A stretch of DNA of 58,768 bases from an uncultured virus (IMG/VR IMGVR_UViG_3300034091_000431) (Duplodnaviria > Heunggongvirae > Uroviricota > Caudoviricetes): IMG/VR virus record IMGVR_UViG_3300034091_000431. One strand, 5' to 3'. The translations under genes were made by a program, and so were the position numbers. Shown here one piece after another: positions 18,375 through 26,458 of the stretch. The notes below the pieces were generated by a model. The model worked only from the letters and a program-made list of their open reading frames with translations, had not been told where the DNA came from and searched no databases. Position 1 is the stretch's first letter; every line of letters starts with the position of its first letter.

Positions 18375-19433
18375 TCAGGTGTGCCGGTCAGTGGTCGATC
18401 TTCCAGTCGTCCCGGGTCGGCGGACCGGCGAGTCCACGCGCGCCTGGCGGAGTTCGCCGAAAGAGCCGCGGGACGGTTGCAAGTCGCTGCGACACGAAGC
18501 TCTCCGCCTCGGCCTGGGTGTCGAACGTCTCGACGAGCACGCCGCGACACGAGACGCGAAACGGTTTCTCGGGCGTGACGGTCCAGCCGGTTCCTCGCTC
18601 GGGAGCGGCGATCCACGCCGCTGCCTCCGCTTCGGTGTCGAATGCTTCGACGCGCCGAGGAACGAATTACTAAACGTAATGTTTATATTTCCTTGAAAGA
18701 CAGACGCGCTCGGTGGGAGCGTCTGACTTATGTTGACGTTGATGAAGTAAACGTTCCAGGCCGTGGTTGTAGTGTTCGATGCGAGTGCGGAGGCTGCCGG
18801 TCCAGTGAAGTGTAGATTCTCGAATGTGATTGTCGAGAAGCTGATACTTGCTCCTGGCCCAAACTTGAGAATAGATGCGGGCGTTAGCCCTAGAAACGTA
18901 GGAGCGTCACCAAGTGCGTACGCTCCTGCCGGCACGGTCGCAGTGCCGTGCGTCGTGTCAACGACGATCGTATACGCCCCGGAAATAGCCGAGATTGCCT
19001 CATAGAGGCTCGCCCATGTCGTGTAGACGTTGCCACCGGCTGTCCCTCCGGGTTGCCACACGAAAGAGCTGACGACGCCACCCGACTGCGGGTTGTAGTT
19101 CGTCCCGTCGCACACGACGCTGACGGTCGCGCCGTTCGGAACGGTTACACCCGTTCCGGACGGCCCGATGATCTCGATCGCCTGACCGCCGGTCGTGTTG
19201 TTCTGGACCGTGTACTGCTGCCCGAAAGACAGGGGCACGATCAGCTTACGTGTTGTCGTAAGCGACACCCCTGACGTCACCTGGAGCGCGTTGTTCGTGC
19301 TCTGCGGCGTCGCTCCTGAGGACGTGAGCGTCAAGTCGGCGTCGCTCGGGTAGACAACAGCGAGCTGCCCCAGGATCCATCCGGCCGTTGTACCAACGGG
19401 CGCGCCGAGCTCGAGTTGTGAGGGGAAGGTCAT
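18375..19433 (-). CDS. Tail-fibre-like protein, truncated or chimeric near 18655
   Basis: Beta-rich LTTTRKLIVP..YTVQNNTTGGQAI..GTGVTVPNG..VVCDGTNY; composition changes to an Arg-rich off-frame tail after FSNSFLG. Confidence 0.7.
   Translation of the reverse strand: MTFPSQLELGAPVGTTAGWILGQLAVVYPSDADLTLTSSGATPQSTNNALQVTSGVSLTTTRKLIVPLSFGQQYTVQNNTTGGQAIEIIGPSGTGVTVPNGATVSVVCDGTNYNPQSGGVVSSFVWQPGGTAGGNVYTTWASLYEAISAISGAYTIVVDTTHGTATVPAGAYALGDAPTFLGLTPASILKFGPGASISFSTITFENLHFTGPAASALASNTTTTAWNVYFINVNISQTLPPSASVFQGNINITFSNSFLGASKHSTPKRRQRRGSPLPSEEPAGPSRPRNRFASRVAACSSRRSTPRPRRRASCRSDLQPSRGSFGELRQARVDSPVRRPGTTGRSTTDRHT
18388..18654 (-). pseudogene. Orphan 3' gene fragment with internal repeat
   Basis: Alternative frame reads RVEAFDTEAEAAAWI...LVETFDTQAEAESFV...DDWKIDH*, with no convincing start. 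Confidence 0.6.
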
Positions 19434-20306
19434 GACGCCACCGTGACTGTAAATGGAGAGCTCAGGGTGTTGGACGCCCAGAGGGTCATGGACACCGTCG
19501 CTCCCTCCTGGTTGACGAAGCCGAACGTCGCGACCGACGTCATCGGGAAGCCGAAACCATTCTGGTCCTTGAACGTGTGCGCCCCGGCGGGCAAGAGGAT
19601 GTAGATCACCTGGCTGACGGGGCTAAACGGACCGAAGCTCGTGCCGACGAAGTTCGCCGCGAGGAAGCTGTCCGAGAGTGTTCCTGCGCCGCCGTTCAAG
19701 ATGGCCGTGTTGACCCCGGCCGTGGCGCTCGTCGCACCCGCGGTGCCGATGCCGCCGAAGCCTCGGTCCTGGAACGCGATGGTCTGCGTCGCCGTCTTGG
19801 TGGTCGGGCCCACAGCCGTCAGCGTGAAGGTGACGTTTGCGGGCGACGAGTGCGTGAAGGCTCCGGTGACGGTCCCTGAAGTGAACGGCGTCGTCAGGAC
19901 CAGCGGTGAGTCGATCCCGTCGGAGTTCGTGATCTGGGCGCTCGTCGGCAAGCTCGAGTAGCTCGCCGAGAAGGTGGGGTTGGTAACCGTTGCACCGGTC
20001 TCGACCGTGCTTCCGCCCGTGAAGCTCGTGATCGAGAACCCCGCCGCGATGTCGTCGGCGGTGAGCTGCCGCGCCACCCACTCGGTCCCGTTCCAGACAT
20101 ACACGTTGCTGTCGTTCGTTCGTAGGTGCTCCAGGATCTACGGGGAGGTCCTGAAAGCCCGCTACGGTCGCTGCAACGTTTCCACTTCCGGGACCGGCGA
20201 CGACGTCTTGGTGAAGCTGGGTGATTCCACCGCCGCCTCCGCCCGCCTTGGCAGAGGTCGGATACGTCTCACGCCCCTGCCCTTTTCGACCGATGAGGTA
20301 TCCCAC
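19430..20306 (-). pseudogene. ETYP-leader fibre protein split by a +1 frameshift near 20115
   Basis: MGYLIGRKGQGRETYP..GITQLHQDVVAGPGSG..PGAPTN continues as DSNVYVWNGTEWVARQLTADDI in another frame; both halves align with the N-terminus of 11515-13110. Confidence 0.75.
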
Positions 20307-20351
20307 GGCCCCAAGTGTATCAGTGCGCGAGTGTCAAGACTATCGTGAAGG

Positions 20352-21494
20352 TCAGCTGTTGACTGCGTGTAGCAGTGCCGGTTCGGTCTGCGGCAGAGTC
20401 AAATGCTCCCGTTCGTAGAGCGGCGTCTCCTCGTAATACCCCGTTCCCCAGAGGTCGTAGAGCCTGTTGAAGTAGCGTTCGTAGAGCGGTGCGACGGCCT
20501 CGAGACTGTACCGACCGACCGCTCGGTCCCGGAGCGCGCTTCTGTCCTTTCGGGTGAGCGTCTTCGCCGCCTCTGCCGCCGCCACAAACTCGCGCATGTT
20601 CGCGCAGCGCCAGCGCGACTCGACGGTCTCGACGAACGCGCCGTGGTCGGTCGTGATGCACGGCGTGCCGAGGAGCTGCGCCTCGACCGCCACTCCACCG
20701 AACGGTTCGCGGTACGCCGTCGGTGCGAACGTCGCGACGACCGAGTTCATGAGCTTCGCGCGCTCCTCCATCCCGACGTGCCCCACGAAGGTCACGTGCG
20801 GCGGCAAGATGCCTGGGTCGCCCTGGTGCCCCGCCAGAATGAGCTTCGCGCCGATCCGCTCGGTCGCCCGCACTGCGACGCCCCAGCCCTTGCTGTTCAC
20901 GATGCGGCCGACGAATAGGTACCCGTCGCGCTTGGCGTGCGGGTCGTACGGGAAGTCTCGCACGTCGAAGTAGTTCGGGATGACGGCGTCCTTGTAGTTC
21001 TCCATCGTGCTGTTCACGCGCCCGTGGTGCCACTCGCGGAAGATCTCGCTCTCGTACACCCGGTACTGGCTGAAGGTGTCGTAGTACCCGATGCCGTACT
21101 CGACCACCATGTTGTCCGGGAACGCCTGGACGACGGGCGAGGTCAGGTTTCCGCCCGCGAGGGTCAGAATGAAGTCGCGCGGCCGAACGCGACCGCGCAT
21201 GCGTGCGGCGGCCCGCTGCATGAAGATGCGCCAGTACGGCTGCGAGAGCTCCCACCCGAGCTCGGCGACCGGCGCATCGGGGTTCACGGGACCGAAGAAC
21301 CGTTCGCGGTCCTTGAGGGACATCACTTCCACGTGCTCGCAGTCAATGGTGCTCCCCTCTAGGCCGTAATGGATAAGTTCGTGGCCGCGCGGGGCCATCA
21401 TGGCGGCGAACTTCAGGACCTTCTGCGTGTACGCGCACGCGCAAAAGAGCTTGCTCGTCGCCGTGTGGGGGAAACCGAGGAGGTGAAAGCGCAT
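20352..21494 (-). CDS. GT4-family glycosyltransferase
   Basis: LFVGRIVNSKG, EPFGGVAVEAQLLGTPCITTDHGAFVE (EX7E). Confidence 0.9.
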   Translation of the reverse strand: MRFHLLGFPHTATSKLFCACAYTQKVLKFAAMMAPRGHELIHYGLEGSTIDCEHVEVMSLKDRERFFGPVNPDAPVAELGWELSQPYWRIFMQRAAARMRGRVRPRDFILTLAGGNLTSPVVQAFPDNMVVEYGIGYYDTFSQYRVYESEIFREWHHGRVNSTMENYKDAVIPNYFDVRDFPYDPHAKRDGYLFVGRIVNSKGWGVAVRATERIGAKLILAGHQGDPGILPPHVTFVGHVGMEERAKLMNSVVATFAPTAYREPFGGVAVEAQLLGTPCITTDHGAFVETVESRWRCANMREFVAAAEAAKTLTRKDRSALRDRAVGRYSLEAVAPLYERYFNRLYDLWGTGYYEETPLYEREHLTLPQTEPALLHAVNS

Positions 21495-21534
21495 TTTCTA
21501 GGATGTTACGAGCAGGCTCAAAACTGTTCAACCG

Positions 21535-22596
21535 TCAAAAGTTCATGCTGAAGAAGATGCCGTCAGCGGGCGCTTTGCTGGAAGACGGAATTTCGCCGTT
21601 TGAGACCTGACCGATCGTCGGGATGCCAAGCCCTCCTCCCGGGTTAGCTGTCACGTAAAGCAGAGCCTGCTGGGACGTTGTCGATCCGTAAGAGTCGGTG
21701 ACGATGCACGTGTACGCGCCCGAGTCTCCAACGCCAAGCGTTCCCGTTGTGTAGCTCGAACTCGTTGCGCCACCGATGTTCGAACCGTTCAGCTGCCACT
21801 GGTAGGAGAGGCTTCCGGCGCTCGCGACTGCCGTGACGCTGAAGGTCGCAGTCTGGCCGACGTTGACCGTCTGACTACTCGGCTGCGACGAGATGAAGAG
21901 AGCTTTGCTCTGGAACGTGACGATTCCGCAACCCCACGCGTCGCTCCCGCCATTATGAAACGTAGCAGTAGACTGTACGGATCCCGGTGCGCCTAGAACG
22001 AGATCGACCTCGGTCTGCTCGCTGTCGGACGCCGCGTCTCGAACGTTCCACTCGCTGTTCCACGACGTCGCAGAGAACTGCGGGTACATGGGAGCGCCGG
22101 TAGTCCACGCGGCGAACACGAGCTCGTTCGGGAAGAGTGTCGTGACGCTGGGGGTCTGCCCGCTGGTGCCGCTGGTCGCAGGTGTGTAGGCCGCTTGGTC
22201 AAGTAGAACCTTGCGTGCCAGCTCCCGTCGCTCCGGTTGCTCCCGGTGTGCCCGCTCCTGTAGCCCCGGTGGCTCCTGAAGCCCCTACACCGGTGGCTCC
22301 GGTCGTTCCAACACCGGTCGCGCCGGTCGACCCCGCAGTGCCTACTCCTGTCGCTCCTGTCGCACCGGCGCCGGTCGCACCTGTTGCGCCTGGCGCGGTC
22401 GGTCCCGTGGCTCCGGTCGCTCCTGAAGCCCCGAATCCAGTGGCGCCTGTTGCGCCTTGGGTGGCCGCTCCCGTCGATCCCGCGGCGCCGGTAGCGCCCG
22501 TAGCCCCGTGGATCCACTAGCGGAGCCGCCGCCGAACGACGGAACGCTGGGATAGACCTCCCGCGCATACCTGCCCCTGCCGATTAGGTACGCCAC
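21535..22596 (-). pseudogene. Disrupted ETYP-leader collagen fibre joined to an Ig-like-domain gene end
   Basis: [16 protein letters not shown]; frameshift at GGGG (~22505); (GAT)n collagen to a TGA at ~22200; then LDQAAY...ISSQPSSQTVNVGQTATFSVTA..YQWQLNG..DSGAYTCIVT (Ig I-set-like) in another frame. Confidence 0.7.
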
Positions 22597-22663
22597 CGCT
22601 AGAGATCGAGCTTACCAGCTACCGCTTGACACCACCAAGGGCAGAACTTATGGCCGGCAGAGC

Positions 22664-24400
22664 CTACGACCAGTAGACGATCTCGACGAAGCCCGATCCG
22701 CCGTTGCCGCCCGTGCCGCCGTTCGTCAAAATGTCTGCGTTGCTCGAACCGCCTGCGCCGCCCCCACCTCCGCCTGCTCCAGAGTTGGCTGCGGCGCTGC
22801 CGCCGGCCTGACCATCGACGCCAGCTCCGGCATCATTACCGTTGCCACCATTGCCCCCGCCGCCACCTGCGCCGTCGGGACCTCCTCCGCCGCCACCGCC
22901 TCCTCCGCCGCCTAGGAAACCGAGACTATTGGAACCGTTATCCCCGCCAACTCCGCCTCCGTAAGGTGATCCGGAACCGTCATTCGTCCCCTGCCCGATG
23001 CCGTAGCCGCCGTTGATATTGATCGTTGCATTCGCGAATTGCCCTGACCCGCCAGCACCAGGAACGGCGATCCCAAGATTGGAACCTGTCCCCGTACTCA
23101 GCCTGCTATTGGTGTAATTGTTGACGAGAGCAAAGGTCGTGTTGTTCGGCGCGCCGCCGAAACTTGAACCGCCACTACTTCCGGGGGTACTACCGGCATC
23201 GCCGCCGCCGCCTCCATTGAACGTGGCCAGCGTGGAACCGCTCTGAGCGATAATGCTGTTGCCGCCGGCAGTGCCTGGCCCGGCCTGAGTAACGGTGCCT
23301 CCATCTCCTCTAGGGCCACCTGCTCCCCCTAAGCCTACGGTCACGTCTACGACGGTGCCGGCTACAACGGTGATGAATGTGGTACCTTCGATGGCAGCCC
23401 CGCCACCTCCGCCGCCTGCTGCACCGCCATCCGAATCGTATCCGTAACCGCCGCCTCCCCCTCCGCCGCCACCTCCCGCGCCTCGAACGATCGCGAAGGT
23501 GACTCCCGCGGGAGGCGTCCAGGTTCCGGTCGACGTGAAGGGAACGGTTGTGGGAGTGCCTGCGGATCCGGTCGCTCCCGTCGCTCCCGTGTGTCCGGTT
23601 GCGCCCGTTGCTCCGGTTGCGCCCGTGGTTCCAGCGCCTGTACTTCCGGCCGATCCGCTTGCGCCTGTCGTCCCCGTGCTGCCGGAGGCTCCGCTTGCGC
23701 CAACGCTTCCTGCTGCTCCGCTCGCACCAGTGCTTCCGGTTGTTCCAGCGTTTCCTGTCACACCGGTTACTCCGGTGTGTCCAGTCGCTCCAGTCGATCC
23801 CGTCGCTCCAGTCGATCCCGTACTGCCGGTGACGCCTGCGCCCGTCGCTCCGGTAATGCCGGTCGACCCCGTATTTCCGGTGGCACCCGTGACTCCAGCG
23901 CCGGTGGTTCCGGTGATTCCAACCGGTCCGGTGATTCCCGTCGCCCCCGTGCTGCCCGTCGCTCCGCTAGCACCGCCGCCAGGACCGATCGGCCCAGTCA
24001 CACCTGTGGATCCGGTGACGCCAGCGCCGGTGATCCCGGTAGCGCCGGTCACACCCATATTTCCGGTGGCTCCAGTGCTGCCTGTCGAGCCGGTGACGCC
24101 GGCGCCTGTAACCCCCGTCGCCCCCGTGGCGCCGGTCGCTCCGGTCACTCCACTAACACCCGTCGAACCCGTCGCCCCAGTCACCCCCGCCCCGGTGATG
24201 CCGGTGACGCCAGAAGCCCCGGTGGAGCCAGGACTTCCTGTCGCTCCCGTAGAACCAGTCACTCCAGCGCCAGTGATCCCCGTGGCTCCTGAGGGGCCAG
24301 TAATTCCGGTCGATCCCGTGGTTCCGGCGGTACCACCCGTCTGCGGGGCGTTCGGATACGCCTCGCGGGCGTACCGGCCTCGGCCGACGATGTATGCCAC
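22664..24400 (-). CDS. Collagen-like fibre with EAYP leader and C-terminal glycine-rich domain
   Basis: [16 protein letters not shown]; long G-X-T repeats ~23560-24330; [14 protein letters not shown]...[11 protein letters not shown]. Confidence 0.85.
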   Translation of the reverse strand: MAYIVGRGRYAREAYPNAPQTGGTAGTTGSTGITGPSGATGITGAGVTGSTGATGSPGSTGASGVTGITGAGVTGATGSTGVSGVTGATGATGATGVTGAGVTGSTGSTGATGNMGVTGATGITGAGVTGSTGVTGPIGPGGGASGATGSTGATGITGPVGITGTTGAGVTGATGNTGSTGITGATGAGVTGSTGSTGATGSTGATGHTGVTGVTGNAGTTGSTGASGAAGSVGASGASGSTGTTGASGSAGSTGAGTTGATGATGATGHTGATGATGSAGTPTTVPFTSTGTWTPPAGVTFAIVRGAGGGGGGGGGGYGYDSDGGAAGGGGGGAAIEGTTFITVVAGTVVDVTVGLGGAGGPRGDGGTVTQAGPGTAGGNSIIAQSGSTLATFNGGGGGDAGSTPGSSGGSSFGGAPNNTTFALVNNYTNSRLSTGTGSNLGIAVPGAGGSGQFANATININGGYGIGQGTNDGSGSPYGGGVGGDNGSNSLGFLGGGGGGGGGGGPDGAGGGGGNGGNGNDAGAGVDGQAGGSAAANSGAGGGGGGAGGSSNADILTNGGTGGNGGSGFVEIVYWS

Positions 24401-24462
24401 AGCTGGAGCGTATCAGCAGAAGGCTGCGACGACACCTGCAAATAGAACGCCAGCTCTACCGG

Positions 24463-26454
24463 TCAAGGAGACACGGTTTCCGACCCGTTCTGGACCGGAT
24501 GCAGCATCTTTCTGCAACGCTCGAGGTACGCGTCACACTCGGGGTTGTCGCTGCGAGCGACGCCGATTGGCTCCGGACCGACGAGCTTGACTGCTCGCTC
24601 GTACGCATCACGGAGCGTCGCAGCCTCAGCGCTGTAGGACGCGTCAACGTTGCCGTCGAAAAACCACGGGTCGTTGTGCCAGTACGGCTTGACCTCGCCC
24701 AAGCGGCTCGCGTGAACGAACGCTGCATCGTCCGGGACCTCCTCGAGCACGAAGTCGCTCGGGAACATCGGCACCTCCCAGAAATCTTGCTTGACGAAGT
24801 GCCGGAGGCAGTTAGACGCGTACGGCTCACGCCCCTCCGTGCCGTCCGGTGAGCGGTGAGGGACGTTGAGGGCGCGAGAATCCTGGAGCGACCAGTCACG
24901 CCCGTTGATCCAGCGGATGAACCCCGGCGTCGCCACGAAGTCGCTGTCCCACTTGAAGCGCCACGCCGACGACGCCTGGCTGAAAGCCCAGTTGTAGTAG
25001 CTCATGATGCTATACGGACTATCCACCGGCGTGACGAACGTCTCCAGACCGGCGCGGGAGATGGGTGTCTCGTACTCGACGATCTTCACCCGATGGCGCG
25101 GAGGCGCTTCAGCCTGACAGTTGAGCGCGATCTCTTTGCTGCCGTCCGTGCATCGGTGCAGGATGACCACGATCTCGATCGGCTTCTCGATCGGGAAGAG
25201 ACTCGTGATGCTTTCGCGCAGCGTCGCCTCCTCGTTGTGTACCCTCACCACGAACGAAATCTGCGGCATTTCCTTGGGGGGCGTAACGGAAGGCGCAGGA
25301 CCTTCAAAGGCGCCCGGGTAGTACCTCTTGAGCCAGTCGAGCTCCGTGCGCTCCGGGTTGGCTCCGTAGAACCCGGTCGGCTCCTTGATGGGACCCGTCA
25401 TGTCCCTTACGCGCAAACACTGGTCGAAGAACTCCTCGTACTGGAGAACCACGCGCTCCATCGCGAAATTGTCACGCGCCCACTTCGCCGCGACGCGACC
25501 ATCGATGCGGTCGATGTTCCTCGCAGCCCAAGCAAACTGCTCCATGGTGCGGCAGCGGTAGCCGGTGATTCCGTGGAGGTTCGTTTCCGGAAACACGCCG
25601 AAGTCGCTCGTGATGACCGGAACGCCAGAAAGCATGGCCTCCACGTGCGTCGATCCAAATGGCTCGATGTAAATCGTGGGAGCGAAGAGAGCACGCGCGT
25701 TCGCTAGGAGCTCCTTCCGCTCCTCGATCCCGACCGGTGGACGATACGTCACGTGCGGCGCCAGGTATGGCGTCGGGTCGCCCTGGCCGACGATCGTGAT
25801 TCGGGCGCCAACGGCCTTCGCCGTGTCGCAGGCAATGCCCACGCCCTTGTCGAAGTTGAGGCGTCCCAGGTACAGGAAGTCGCCGCTCCGCTGACTCCTG
25901 GGCTCCGAAAACATCGACAAGTCGAAAGCGTTCGGGATAACCGACCAGTACCACCGGCCACCGTCCCACGCGCCCATCTCGCCTAGGTGCATGTGAAGCC
26001 ACGCGTAGCTCTCGTAGACGCGCCAAGGGGCCCACGCACCCCGATACCCAATGCCGCTCTCCACTCGATACTGGGGAATCCCGTCGGTGGCCTGCGGCTG
26101 CGTACCATTCCACGGGTGGCAAATGATCTCGGTGAACGGGTCGCCGGTCCGATCAAGTATCGCTGCGCGCAGGTTCGCGGCGTAGCGCGCGTGGTACGGG
26201 GCGTACTGCCCGGAGACGTCCACCTTGTAGAACTCTTTCCCCGGGTGACCAAACTGCTTGGCCCATACCTCGTACCGCATCACGGAGACGTTTTCCGTGC
26301 ACTCAGGATTGGAGCCCTCCACGCCGTAGTGGATCACGTGGTGGCCCCTACGCGTCAGCATCTTGCAGAGGGTGAGGGTCTTCTGGGTGAAGGCGCAGGT
26401 CGAGAACTCGGGCGTGGTGAGTGTGTGGGGGACGCCGAGGACGTGGATTTTCAT
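24463..26454 (-). CDS. GT4-GT2 fusion glycosyltransferase
   Basis: N-terminal half paralogous to 20352-21494 (EPFGSTHVEA); C-terminal ISFVVRVHNEE..CTDGS..KWDSD. Confidence 0.9.
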   Translation of the reverse strand: MKIHVLGVPHTLTTPEFSTCAFTQKTLTLCKMLTRRGHHVIHYGVEGSNPECTENVSVMRYEVWAKQFGHPGKEFYKVDVSGQYAPYHARYAANLRAAILDRTGDPFTEIICHPWNGTQPQATDGIPQYRVESGIGYRGAWAPWRVYESYAWLHMHLGEMGAWDGGRWYWSVIPNAFDLSMFSEPRSQRSGDFLYLGRLNFDKGVGIACDTAKAVGARITIVGQGDPTPYLAPHVTYRPPVGIEERKELLANARALFAPTIYIEPFGSTHVEAMLSGVPVITSDFGVFPETNLHGITGYRCRTMEQFAWAARNIDRIDGRVAAKWARDNFAMERVVLQYEEFFDQCLRVRDMTGPIKEPTGFYGANPERTELDWLKRYYPGAFEGPAPSVTPPKEMPQISFVVRVHNEEATLRESITSLFPIEKPIEIVVILHRCTDGSKEIALNCQAEAPPRHRVKIVEYETPISRAGLETFVTPVDSPYSIMSYYNWAFSQASSAWRFKWDSDFVATPGFIRWINGRDWSLQDSRALNVPHRSPDGTEGREPYASNCLRHFVKQDFWEVPMFPSDFVLEEVPDDAAFVHASRLGEVKPYWHNDPWFFDGNVDASYSAEAATLRDAYERAVKLVGPEPIGVARSDNPECDAYLERCRKMLHPVQNGSETVSP

Positions 26455-26458
26455 GGAA

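Noticed and set aside
10522..24400. Classical Gin/shufflon inversion system for the fibre genes
   Set aside because: All fibre fragments are on the same strand and I found no repeated inverted crossover sites; the recombinase is several kb away
23499..24590. Plus-strand (PV.)n Pro/Val-rich ORFs (also 22182-22520, 15295-15531, 14083-14469)
   Set aside because: Reverse-complement reading of collagen G-X-T and poly-Gly codons
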